Assembly (NCBI GenBank): GCA_021767625.1
Contig: JAASTB010000001.1
Span: forward strand, 1 to 46,263
Direction of reading: 5' to 3'
Length of the DNA: 46,263 nt
Source of the DNA: Wenzhouxiangella sp.
Lineage (GTDB): Bacteria > Pseudomonadota > Gammaproteobacteria > Xanthomonadales > Wenzhouxiangellaceae
How positions within the stretch are numbered: position 1 is the stretch's first letter; each line of letters starts with the position of its first letter. Below are positions 22,304 to 33,115 of this stretch, piece by piece. The notes beneath the pieces were generated by a model that did no database searches, was not told where the DNA came from, and worked only from the letters and a program-made list of their open reading frames with translations. A program made the position numbers and the translations under genes.

Positions 22304-23203
22304 TCAGGCCGCGTCGGCCTTGAGCGCCTCGAGGGTGGCGTCCTTCTCCTGCCATAGCTGGTTGACCCATTCCTGGATGCCGAGGCGAAAGTCCGGGTCA
22401 TCCTGGTAGTCGCCGCCGCGCAGTCGTTCGGGAATCGGCAGGCGCCGGACGTGCACGCGAATCTCGCGAATGCGATTGGCGAACAGGTCGGCCAGGCTGG
22501 GACGCCCGTCGGGATACGCGATGGTCACGTCGACGAGGGTGTCGAGCGCTTCGCCCATGGCGTCCAGCGTGAAAGCGACACCGCCGGCGCGCGGCTTGAG
22601 CAGGTGGCGGTAGGGCGAGTCCTGGGCGGCGTGCTTGGCGGCCGTGAACCGGGTGCCTTCCACGAAGTTGACGATGGCCACGGGGATGCGCATGAACTTC
22701 CTGCAGGCCCGGCGCGTGGCGGCGATGTCGCGTCCGGCCAGCTGCGGCTTTCGTTCGACCTGGGCCCGCGTGTAGCGTTTCATGAACGGGAAATCCAGCG
22801 CCCACCAGGCCAGGCCCAGCAGGGGCACCCAGATCAACTGGCTCTTTAGGAAGAAGCGCAGCAGGGGCAGGCGGCGGTTGAACAGCTTCTGCAGGACGGG
22901 GATGTCGACCCAGCTCTGGTGATTGCAGACCACAAGCATCTGGCCGCCCGTGTCCGATTCGGGCAAGCCCTCGACTTCGATTCTCGTCGAAGTCAGCGTG
23001 TCGAAAAGCCAGGAGTTGAAGTCGATCCAGCTCGCCGCGATCGCCGAAAGGGTCCGATCGCAGCCGCGGGTCACGGTCGGAACCCGAACGACCAGCTTGA
23101 CCAGTGCGACTGCCAGCAGGGGCAGGATGTGAACGACGGAATTGACGGCCAGCAGCAGGCCGGCCGCGAAGATGCGCAGTGAGGCAATCAGCTTGTCGAT
23201 CAT
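22304..23203 (-). CDS. YihG-like acyltransferase (PlsC superfamily)
   Basis: NHQSWVD, FFLKSQLIWVPLLGLAWWALDFPFMKR, FVEGTRFT, HLLKPRAGG. Confidence 0.9.
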   Translation of the reverse strand: MIDKLIASLRIFAAGLLLAVNSVVHILPLLAVALVKLVVRVPTVTRGCDRTLSAIAASWIDFNSWLFDTLTSTRIEVEGLPESDTGGQMLVVCNHQSWVDIPVLQKLFNRRLPLLRFFLKSQLIWVPLLGLAWWALDFPFMKRYTRAQVERKPQLAGRDIAATRRACRKFMRIPVAIVNFVEGTRFTAAKHAAQDSPYRHLLKPRAGGVAFTLDAMGEALDTLVDVTIAYPDGRPSLADLFANRIREIRVHVRRLPIPERLRGGDYQDDPDFRLGIQEWVNQLWQEKDATLEALKADAA

Positions 23204-23305
23204 GGCCGCATTATCTCATGCGGACGCGGCGGATCGGGAGAGAAAGGGTGGGGTGCGGCGTTATAATCGCCGGTTTACATACCGCCTCACACTGGACACG
23301 AAGAC

Positions 23306-24682
23306 ATGAGCGATTTCCGTATCGAGAAGGACAGCATGGGCGAGCTTCAGGTGCCCGCCGACGCCCTGTGGGGTGCGCAAACCCAGCGTGCCGTGAACAA
23401 CTTTCCCGTCAGCGGACAGCGCATGCCCGCACCCTTCATCCGGGCCCTGGGCCTGATCAAGGCCGCCTGCGCCGAGGCCAACGAGGAGCTCGAGCTGCTC
23501 GACGCCGATCGTGCCCGTGCCATCGTGCGCGCCGCCGGTCGGGTCGCAGCCAACGAAGTCGACGAGCATTTTCCGGTTGACGTCTACCAGACCGGTTCGG
23601 GCACCAGCTCGAACATGAACGCCAACGAGGTCATCGCCCACCTGGCCGATCCCGACGGGGAGTTGGGGATCCATCCAAACGATCACGTCAATATGGGACA
23701 GAGCTCCAACGACGTGATTCCCACGGCCATCCAGGTCAGCGCCTGTCTGACGGCGGCCGAACACGTACTGCCGGCCCTGCACCACCTGCACGATACCCTG
23801 CGCAAGCGTTCCGAAGCCCTCTCAGAGGTGGCCAAGACGGGCCGGACCCACCTGATGGACGCCATGCCCGTGACCCTGGGCCAGGAACTGGCGACCTGGG
23901 CGGCGCAGATCGCCAGCGCCGAGCAGCGCATTCGCGACGCGCTCTCGCGCATGCGCTACCTGCCGCAGGGCGGCACTGCCGTGGGGACCGGCATCAACGC
24001 GCACGAGGACTTCGGCCGCCGCTTCTCCGCTCGCCTGGCCAAGTCGACGGGATTCGAGTTCGCCTCCGCCGACAACAAGTTCGAGGGCATCGCGAGCCAG
24101 GATGCCGCGGTGGAGCTCTCGGGTCAGCTCAAGACCCTGGCGGTGGCGCTGATGAAGATGGCCAACGACCTGCGCTGGATGAACTCCGGTCCGCTGGCCG
24201 GTCTCGGCGAGATCGAGCTCGAGGCCCTGCAACCGGGCAGCTCGATCATGCCGGGCAAGGTCAATCCCGTCATCCCCGAGGCCGTCTGCATGGTCGCCGC
24301 GCGCGTGATCGGCAATGACGGCACGATCACCGTGGCCGGACAGTCGGGCAATTTCCAGCTCAACGTCATGCTGCCGGTCGTCGCCGCCAGCCTGCTCGAC
24401 AGCCTCACCATCCTGGGCAACGCCGCGCGCCTGCTCGCCGACCGCGCCATCGCCAGCTTCAAGGTGCGCGAGGACCGGCTGGGCGAGGCGCTCGCGCGCA
24501 ACCCCATCCTGGTGACCGCGCTCAATCCGGTCATCGGTTACGAAAAGGGTGCCGCGGCCGCCAAGAAGGCGTATGCGGAAGGTCGTCCGATTCTCGACGT
24601 GGCCGCCGAAATGACCGACCTCACCCGAGACGAACTCGAGGAGCTGCTCGACCCGGTCAAGCTCACCAAGGGAGGGCTGTAG
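23306..24682 (+). CDS. fumC: Class II fumarate hydratase
   Basis: [44 protein letters not shown]. Confidence 0.95.
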   Translation: MSDFRIEKDSMGELQVPADALWGAQTQRAVNNFPVSGQRMPAPFIRALGLIKAACAEANEELELLDADRARAIVRAAGRVAANEVDEHFPVDVYQTGSGTSSNMNANEVIAHLADPDGELGIHPNDHVNMGQSSNDVIPTAIQVSACLTAAEHVLPALHHLHDTLRKRSEALSEVAKTGRTHLMDAMPVTLGQELATWAAQIASAEQRIRDALSRMRYLPQGGTAVGTGINAHEDFGRRFSARLAKSTGFEFASADNKFEGIASQDAAVELSGQLKTLAVALMKMANDLRWMNSGPLAGLGEIELEALQPGSSIMPGKVNPVIPEAVCMVAARVIGNDGTITVAGQSGNFQLNVMLPVVAASLLDSLTILGNAARLLADRAIASFKVREDRLGEALARNPILVTALNPVIGYEKGAAAAKKAYAEGRPILDVAAEMTDLTRDELEELLDPVKLTKGGL

Positions 24683-24684
24683 TC

Positions 24685-25155
24685 CTGCCCCGGAGTCCGC
24701 ACATCACGCAGGCCGGTCACCGGCAGCTGCAGGATGAACTGAAACACCTTTGGGAAAAGAAGCGCCCGGAAGTCACCCGGGCGCTTTCTGCCGCGGCAGC
24801 CGAAGGCGACCGCTCGGAAAACGCCGAGTACATCTACCGCAAGAAGCAGCTCAGGGAAATCGACCGGCGCGTGCGCTACCTGCGCAAGCGTCTCGACGAG
24901 GTCCGTCCCGTCCCGCCGCGCAGCGACAACCCCGGCAAGGTCTTTTTCGCCGCCACGGTCACCCTGGCCGAACTCGACGGCAGCGAGGTGCGCTACCGCA
25001 TCGTCGGGGCCGACGAGACCGATGCTGTAAAGGGCTGGATTTCCGTTGATTCCCCGGTCGCTCGCGCGTTGCTGGGCAAGGCGGTGGGCGATGAAGTATC
25101 CGTGCGCACGCCGACCGGGGAACGTCTGCTCGAGGTCGTGGAAGTCGAGTATTGA
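24685..25155 (+). CDS. greB: Transcription elongation factor GreB (probable CTG start)
   Basis: The frame upstream of the called 24871 ORF reads (M)[65 protein letters not shown]; C-terminal [15 protein letters not shown]; GGAGG 9 nt before CTG 24685. Confidence 0.9.
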   Translation: MPRSPHITQAGHRQLQDELKHLWEKKRPEVTRALSAAAAEGDRSENAEYIYRKKQLREIDRRVRYLRKRLDEVRPVPPRSDNPGKVFFAATVTLAELDGSEVRYRIVGADETDAVKGWISVDSPVARALLGKAVGDEVSVRTPTGERLLEVVEVEY

Positions 25156-25482
25156 GGTTTCAGGTTTGAGGTTTCAGGTTTCAGGTTTCAGGTTTCAGGT
25201 TTCAGGTTTCAGGTTTCAGGAAAAGACGCGTTCCGGGTTCCTGAAGAAGGGGTTCCGGGTTCGGGGTTCCGGATTCCTGGGGTAGCGTCGAAGGTTTGCG
25301 GGGCGGCTGCGCCGCGGAAGGTACGTGCCATCTGAAAATGGGGGTGAGTTAGACCCGGATCCTATACGGAGGCCTGGCTTTCCCCGCGAGGCATATCCAA
25401 AGCCGCTTGTTTTCCGGAACCCCGAACCCCGAACCCCGAACCCGTCTTTTCCTGAAACCTGAACACTGAAACCTGAAACCTA
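25156..25482. repeat. Nested palindrome of two heptamer tandem-repeat families (GGTTTCA and GGGTTCS) between greB and ibpA
   Basis: 9 x GGTTT(C/G)A at 25156-25218, then GGAAAAGACG and GGGTTCC/GGGTTCG units. Mirrored at about 25415-25482 by GAACCCC units, CGTCTTTTCC and TGAAACC units. Confidence 0.92.
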
Positions 25483-25495
25483 GAAACAACCCAAC

Positions 25496-25524
25496 CTTGA
25501 AAAACCGGCCGGCGACGCCTATTT
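25496..25524 (+). promoter_or_regulatory. Sigma32 (RpoH) promoter of ibpA
   Basis: CTTGAAA-N14-GCCTATTT resembles the CTTGAAA-N14-CCCCATNT consensus, upstream of a small heat shock gene. Confidence 0.75.
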
Positions 25525-25532
25525 CTATTACC

Positions 25533-25625
25533 GAGATCGCCGCAAGGGATCTCACCGAGCCCGGCCTGAGACAGGCGGGCGTCAACCGACAACACCGATT
25601 GCTTCTCAAGGAGGATACGGTTATG
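25533..25625 (+). promoter_or_regulatory. ROSE-like RNA thermometer in the ibpA 5' UTR
   Basis: Three hairpins (25533-25553, 25559-25580, 25595-25620); the last places TTGCT opposite the Shine-Dalgarno AGGA with a bulged G. Confidence 0.7.
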
Positions 25626-26102
25626 AACACGTTCGATCTTTCACCCCTGTACCGCACGGCCATCGGCTTCGATCGACTGGCCGACATGCTGTCCAACGCC
25701 CAGCGCGTCGACAGCAACGGCTATCCGCCCTACAACATCGAGTCCCTGGGCGAGGACCGCTACCGCATCACCATGGCGGTGGCCGGCTTCAGCCGGGACG
25801 AGCTCGATATCGTTTCCGAGCAGAACACGCTGACCGTCTCGGGCAGCAAGCAGGAAGCGTCCGAAGAGGACAATGGCGAGCGCCAGTTCCTTTATCGCGG
25901 CATCGCGAATCGTTCGTTCGAGCGGCGTTTCCAGCTCGCCGACCACGTCAAGGTGGCCGGTGCCGACCTGGAGAACGGGCTGCTCCACATCGAACTGCAG
26001 CGTGAACTGCCCGAGCGGATGAAGCCGCGCAAGATCGAGATCGGCAGCGGCGACGGCCGCGTGCTCGAGAGCGGCAAGGACAAGACCGCGGAAGCGGCCT
26101 GA
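25623..26102 (+). CDS. ibpA: Small heat shock protein Hsp20 (IbpA-like)
   Basis: MNTFDLSPLYRTAIGFDRL, YPPYNIE, RITMAVAGF, RSFERRFQLA; start ATG 25623 after GGAGG. Confidence 0.93.
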   Translation: MNTFDLSPLYRTAIGFDRLADMLSNAQRVDSNGYPPYNIESLGEDRYRITMAVAGFSRDELDIVSEQNTLTVSGSKQEASEEDNGERQFLYRGIANRSFERRFQLADHVKVAGADLENGLLHIELQRELPERMKPRKIEIGSGDGRVLESGKDKTAEAA

Positions 26103-26134
26103 TCCGGCTCTCGGATGCCGTGATCGACACGGAC

Positions 26135-26161
26135 AGGGGCGTCTTCGGACGCCCCTTTTTT
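26135..26161 (+). terminator. Rho-independent terminator of ibpA
   Basis: aggggcgtc-ttcg-gacgcccct followed by a T run. Confidence 0.9.
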
Positions 26162-26178
26162 GTGTAGCATAATCCGGT

Positions 26179-26943
26179 ATGACCACCTCCCGATCGTCGA
26201 GCCGGCCCGCCTGGCTGAATCTCTATCCGCTCTACCAGTGGCTCGTCTACGTGCCCCTGGTCGTATTGGCGACCCTGCTCGGTGCCTTGCTGGCCGTGCC
26301 GCTGGCGCTGCTGGTCTCTCCGCGACTGGCCAATCTCTGGGTCGCCGTACCCTGGGGGCGCGTGCTGACCTGGCTGGTGCCCGTTCGCGTGGAAGTCGAA
26401 GGTCTCGAGCATATCGACGCGGGACAGAGCTACGTGGTGGTCGCCAATCACCAGAGCCAGTTCGATATCCCGGTCATCTACGGATGGATCGGCCTCGACC
26501 TGCGCTGGGTGGCCAAGGCCGAGTTGAGCCGGATTCCCTTCGTGGCCGCCGGTTGCCGTGCCATCGGACACATCTTCATCAACCGCGCCGATCCCGAACA
26601 GGCCCGAGAGGCGATCAATCGTGCCGTCGGCCGGCTCAAGCCCGGTACCGGGCTGATGTTCTTCGCCGAGGGCACGCGCAGCCGGACGGGAGAATTGCTG
26701 CCTTTCAAGAAGGGCGCCTTCCGGGTGGCCGTCGACCAGCAGCTGCCGATCCTGCCGGTGACCGTGATCGACACGCGTGAGATCCTGCCCGCCAGGAGCC
26801 TTCGAATCCGGCCGGGGCGGGTCCGCATGATCGTTCATCCGCCGCTGGAGACCGCGGGCCTGGCGCAGGACAAGTCGGGCGAGCTCCGCCGTCGCTGCCA
26901 CTCGGTCGTGGCCGGCGGCCTGCCGCAGGGCAGCGCAGCCTGA
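26179..26943 (+). CDS. 1-acyl-sn-glycerol-3-phosphate acyltransferase family protein (PlsC-like)
   Basis: NHQSQFD, HIFINR, FAEGTRS, PFKKGAF. Confidence 0.9.
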   Translation: MTTSRSSSRPAWLNLYPLYQWLVYVPLVVLATLLGALLAVPLALLVSPRLANLWVAVPWGRVLTWLVPVRVEVEGLEHIDAGQSYVVVANHQSQFDIPVIYGWIGLDLRWVAKAELSRIPFVAAGCRAIGHIFINRADPEQAREAINRAVGRLKPGTGLMFFAEGTRSRTGELLPFKKGAFRVAVDQQLPILPVTVIDTREILPARSLRIRPGRVRMIVHPPLETAGLAQDKSGELRRRCHSVVAGGLPQGSAA

Positions 26944-27632
26944 TGCACCTGCACCGACCCGATCCGAACTACACCGGTTCGAAGCGGGCGCAGCGCAATT
27001 TCTGGCTGGCCGTCCGCCTGACCGCCGGCTTCATCGCGGTGATGTGGTCGGTCTTCCTCTTCGACTGGATCGCCGGGCTGGATCTCGCCCGCTTCGGACT
27101 GCGTCCGCGCGAGGGCGTCGGTCTGCTCGGCCTGGCCACCACGCCGTTGCTGCACGCGCACCTGGCCCATATCGCATCCAACACCGTCCCGCTGTTCATC
27201 GGCGGGGTGGCGATGCTGTTCCTCTACCCGAATTCCGCACTCAAGGCCCTGCCGGTCATGTATGTGGGCAGCGCGGCCCTGGCCTGGGTGATCGGGCGCT
27301 CCAGCCTGCACATCGGGGCCAGCGGGCTGGTGTATTCCATCCTGGCCTTCGTGTTCGTTTCGGGAATACTCAAGCGCGACCTGCGTTCGGTGGGCGTGTC
27401 CCTGATGATCTGGTTCCTTTACGGGTCGATGCTATGGGGCGCGCTGCCGGTGAACGCCTCGAGCAGTTGGGAATTGCACGCCAGCGGCATGATGATCGGC
27501 GTGATCCTGGCCTTCGTCTTTCGCGGCGACGACCAACCGCCGGTCAAGCGCTACGATTGGGAGTGGGAAGAGGAATTCCCCGAGGAGCTGGACGAGCGGC
27601 ACGAACGTCGGCCCGGCGATCCCTGGCCGTGA
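26943..27632 (+). CDS. Rhomboid family intramembrane serine protease
   Basis: PLLHAHLAHIASN, catalytic HIGASG, SWELHASG. Confidence 0.88.
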   Translation: MHLHRPDPNYTGSKRAQRNFWLAVRLTAGFIAVMWSVFLFDWIAGLDLARFGLRPREGVGLLGLATTPLLHAHLAHIASNTVPLFIGGVAMLFLYPNSALKALPVMYVGSAALAWVIGRSSLHIGASGLVYSILAFVFVSGILKRDLRSVGVSLMIWFLYGSMLWGALPVNASSSWELHASGMMIGVILAFVFRGDDQPPVKRYDWEWEEEFPEELDERHERRPGDPWP

Positions 27633-27651
27633 GTAGCGAGAGGTAGCAATC

Positions 27652-28221
27652 ATGATCAGAAAACTGTTCGGCATCCTGCTGGCGCTGGTGGTGGCCCTGA
27701 TTGTCATCGGCTTTCTGCTGCCGACGAGCGTGGAAGTCGAGCGCTCGCGGGTGGTGGAACACCGGCAGGAGATCGTCTTCGAAGTCCTGTCCGACCTCAG
27801 GCACTTCAGCCAGTGGTCGCCCTGGCTGGCGCGCCGCCCCGACATGGAATGGCGGCTCGAAGGTCCCGCGCAGGGCGTCGGCGCCGCGCTGGTCTGGCAC
27901 GAAACGCCGGAGTCGGAAGCGAGCCGGCTATGGATCGTCTCGGCTGAGGCGCCAAGCCGTATCGACATGAAGCTCGAACTCGGCGGAACCGAAGCGGACA
28001 GCTGGTTCGAGGTCGTGGAAGGCGAGGGCGGTCTTGAAGTCCGCTGGGGCATGCGCATGGAATTCGGTGCGCTCGACCTCGTCGGCCGCTATGTCGGCCT
28101 GCTGCTGCCCGGCCTGGTGGGCCGTGACTACCGCGACGGCCTGGAACGGCTCGACGAGTATCTCGCCCGCAGCCCCGGCCGGGTCCCCGAATTGCCTGAG
28201 CGATTCGACTCCGCCCGATGA
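27652..28221 (+). CDS. Membrane-anchored SRPBCC (polyketide cyclase-like) protein
   Basis: N-terminal TM, VERS, WSPW, GPAQGVGA..W, DYRDGLERL. Confidence 0.78.
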   Translation: MIRKLFGILLALVVALIVIGFLLPTSVEVERSRVVEHRQEIVFEVLSDLRHFSQWSPWLARRPDMEWRLEGPAQGVGAALVWHETPESEASRLWIVSAEAPSRIDMKLELGGTEADSWFEVVEGEGGLEVRWGMRMEFGALDLVGRYVGLLLPGLVGRDYRDGLERLDEYLARSPGRVPELPERFDSAR

Positions 28222-29090
28222 ACGAAAGGCCGGCCCTGCACGTGCTCGGCTGCGGTCGGGCGGCGCGGGCAGTCGCCCGCCGGCTGCTCGAAACCGGGCT
28301 CGTCCGGCCCGGACTGATCGTCAATCGCAGCCTTCCAAGCGCCCGGCGCGCCGCGCAATTCCTGGGCGCCGGCGAGCCCGCCGAGCGATTGGACGATCGG
28401 GTTGCCGACGGCGTGTTGATGCTCGGACTGCCCGATGGCGTGCTCGCAGACTCCGCGGATGAACTCGGGCGTGTCTGTCCCTGTCCTCCGGCCCTGGCCT
28501 TTCACCTGTCCGGTTCGGTCGAAGCCGGGGTGCTTGCAGGGCTCGGCGCATCGGCCGCCGCGGTTCACCCGGTTCGGGCCTTTGCCGATCCGGAGTCCGC
28601 CGCCGAGCGTTTCGAGGGTACCTGGTGCGTGGCCGAGGGCGATGACGCGGCGCTGGATCTCCTCCGGCCGCTGTTCGAGGCCGCCGGCGGGCGCTGGCTG
28701 CCGTTTTCCGCTCGCGACAAGTCGGCCTGGCACGCCTCGACGGTGGCGGCGAGCAATTTCCTGGTCACGATCCAGGACCTGGCCCGCGAATTGGCGGACC
28801 GGGCGGGGTTGCCGGAAGCGCAGGCCGCCGAGATTCTTTGTGACTTGCAGCAGGGCGCGCTCGACACCCTGCGCGAGCGGCCGCCGCGCGAAGCCCTGAC
28901 CGGTCCGATCGAGCGCGGGGACGCGGGCGCCTGCCGACGATTGGCGAATGCGGCTTCCGGCCTGGATGCCGAAAGCGCCCGGCTGTTCGCCGAGCTGGCC
29001 CGCGCCACCCTGGCGCTGGCCCGCGACAAGCGCGGCGAGCGCGAGGCCGACGGTGAAATCGAATCCTTGTTCGGGCCTACCAGCGACTGA
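28218..29090 (+). CDS. Rossmann-like / DUF2520 domain protein
   Basis: LGCGRAA, FHLSGS, VHPVRAF, WHASTVAASNF, ALTGPIERGD. Confidence 0.85.
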   Translation: MNERPALHVLGCGRAARAVARRLLETGLVRPGLIVNRSLPSARRAAQFLGAGEPAERLDDRVADGVLMLGLPDGVLADSADELGRVCPCPPALAFHLSGSVEAGVLAGLGASAAAVHPVRAFADPESAAERFEGTWCVAEGDDAALDLLRPLFEAAGGRWLPFSARDKSAWHASTVAASNFLVTIQDLARELADRAGLPEAQAAEILCDLQQGALDTLRERPPREALTGPIERGDAGACRRLANAASGLDAESARLFAELARATLALARDKRGEREADGEIESLFGPTSD

Positions 29091-29801
29091 AATCGACTTG
29101 GTCGATGGCCGAGCGCCAGTCTTCGACGGCGGCCGGCTCGGCAACACCCCGGGCGATCGCGGCGCGAAACAGTTCGCCGGAGAGCATGCGCACGCCGAGC
29201 CGTTCGAGGTGGGGGTTCCAGAGCTGGCAGTCGCAGAGCAGAAACTCCCACTCGGCCAGGGCCCGCATCAGCGCGGCGAGCGCGATCTTGGAGGCGTCAC
29301 GCCGCCGGTGGAACTTGGATTCAGCGAAGAAGATGCGGCCCAGGGCCACGCCGTAGAGCCCCCCGATCAGTTCGCCTTCCTCGCTGAAGATCTCGATGCT
29401 GTGCGCATGGCCCAGCTCGTGAAGCCTGCCGTAGGCGCGTCGCATCTCCGGGGTGATCCAGGTGCCGTCCTGGTCGTGCCGGGGCGCTGCGCAGGCGGCC
29501 ACGACGGCGTCGAAGGCCGTGTCGGCACGCACCTGAAAGCGTCCCTGCCGCAGCGTGCGCCGGAATCGCCGGGACAGGTGCATGGCTTCGGGCAGCATCA
29601 CCGCGCGCGGCTCCGGCGACCACCACAGAATCGGGCCGGGCGCTTCGTACCAGGGGAAGATGCCGAGCGAATAGGCCCGCAGCAGGCGCGTCGGGTGGAG
29701 GTCGCCGCCCCAGGCCAGCAGCCCGTCCTCGCGCGGGCAGTCCGCCGGATCGGGGAAGGGGCTGTCGGGCGACTCGCCCAGTCGGGGCACCGGCTCGATC
29801 A

Positions 29802-29802
<1 letters not shown>
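29077..29802 (-). CDS. aat: Leucyl/phenylalanyl-tRNA--protein transferase
   Basis: GLLAWGGDL, AYSLGIFPW, WWSPEPR, GTWIT, GHAHSIE, GGLYGV, DASKIAL. Start is ATG 29802 or GTG 29805. Confidence 0.93.
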
Positions 29803-31917
<2,115 letters not shown>

Positions 31918-32015
31918 TCAAAGGGACAGACTTGTGGTCGGCCGCCTCCCAATCCAAGGCGGGCCGGTCGACGACCGGCCCATATTATTCTGGCAGTTTT
32001 CAAGGAGCAGTAAGG

Positions 32016-33077
32016 ATGCGTATCGGAATTCCCCGCGAGATCAAGACCCTGGAAGGCCGAGTGGCCCTGGTGCCGGCGGCCTGCGGCGACCTGGTCCAGG
32101 CCGGGCACGAGGTCTTCATCGAGGCCGGGGCGGGCAGCAAGAGTGGTTTCTCCGACGAGGACTTCCAGCAGGTCGGGGTCGAGGTGCTGCCGGATGCCGA
32201 GGCGCTCTACGGCAAGGCCGAACTGGTGGTCAAGGTCAAGGAGCCCATCGAGGGTGACCTTCAGTACCTGCGTTCCGACCACCTGCTGTTCTGCTACCTG
32301 CACCTGGCCGCCGAACCCAAGCTGACCGATCGCCTGCTCGACATCGGCCTGACCGGCGTGGCGTTCGAGACGGTCGAGGAAGCCGACGGCTCCCTGCCCC
32401 TGCTCGCGCCGATGAGCAACATCGCCGGGCGTATCGGGGTCCAGGTCGGCACGCACCTGCTGCATCAGCCCGAAGGCGGCCGCGGCGTGTTGCTGGGCGG
32501 TCTGCCCGCCGCCGATCGCGGCCACGTGGTCGTGCTCGGCGCCGGTGCCGCCGGCGGCAATTCCGCTCGCCTGGCGGCCTCTTCCGGCGCCCGGGTGACG
32601 GTCTTCGACAAGCGCCAGGATCGCCTGGCCGAAATGATGGACATCGGTCCCAACGTGACAGCCCTGTATCCCTACGGCGAGGCGGTCGCGGAATTCGTGT
32701 CGAAGGCCGACCTGGTCATCGGCGCGGTACTGGTCACCGGCGCCCGCGCACCGCACGTCATTTCGCGCGAGATGATCTCTTCGATGAACGAGGGCGCGGT
32801 CGTGGTCGATATCTCGGTGGACCAGGGCGGCTGCGTGGAAACCACGCGTCCGACGACCTACGCCGATCCGACCTACCAGGTCGACGGTGTGACCCATTTC
32901 GCGGTGACCAACATGCCCGGCGCGGTGCCGCGCACCTCCAGCCAGGCCCTGTCGGCCGCCATCCTGCCCTACGTCCAGCACATGGCCCGGCCGCAGTGGG
33001 AAGGTGTCGAGGCCCTCTCGCGCGGCGTGAACGTGCGCGGCGGCGAGCTTGTACACCCGGCTCTTAAGCAAGCATAA
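32016..33077 (+). CDS. ald: Alanine dehydrogenase
   Basis: MRIGIPREIK..EGRVAL, KVKEP, YLHLAA, DQGGCVET, NMPGAVPRTS; start ATG 32016. Confidence 0.93.
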   Translation: MRIGIPREIKTLEGRVALVPAACGDLVQAGHEVFIEAGAGSKSGFSDEDFQQVGVEVLPDAEALYGKAELVVKVKEPIEGDLQYLRSDHLLFCYLHLAAEPKLTDRLLDIGLTGVAFETVEEADGSLPLLAPMSNIAGRIGVQVGTHLLHQPEGGRGVLLGGLPAADRGHVVVLGAGAAGGNSARLAASSGARVTVFDKRQDRLAEMMDIGPNVTALYPYGEAVAEFVSKADLVIGAVLVTGARAPHVISREMISSMNEGAVVVDISVDQGGCVETTRPTTYADPTYQVDGVTHFAVTNMPGAVPRTSSQALSAAILPYVQHMARPQWEGVEALSRGVNVRGGELVHPALKQA

Positions 33078-33115
33078 TCAGTTAATTGCGAATCGAACTT
33101 GATGCGGGATAGCAG

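Noticed and set aside
24683-24870. greB as a 5'-truncated or frameshifted pseudogene
   Set aside because: The N-terminal domain is intact and in frame with a well-placed SD; an alternative start codon is simpler.
25156-25482. Repeats considered as a CRISPR array; small ORFs 25046-25285, 25349-25717 and 25362-25595
   Set aside because: The units are 7 nt with no spacers and there are no cas genes; the ORFs are low-complexity translations of the repeats.
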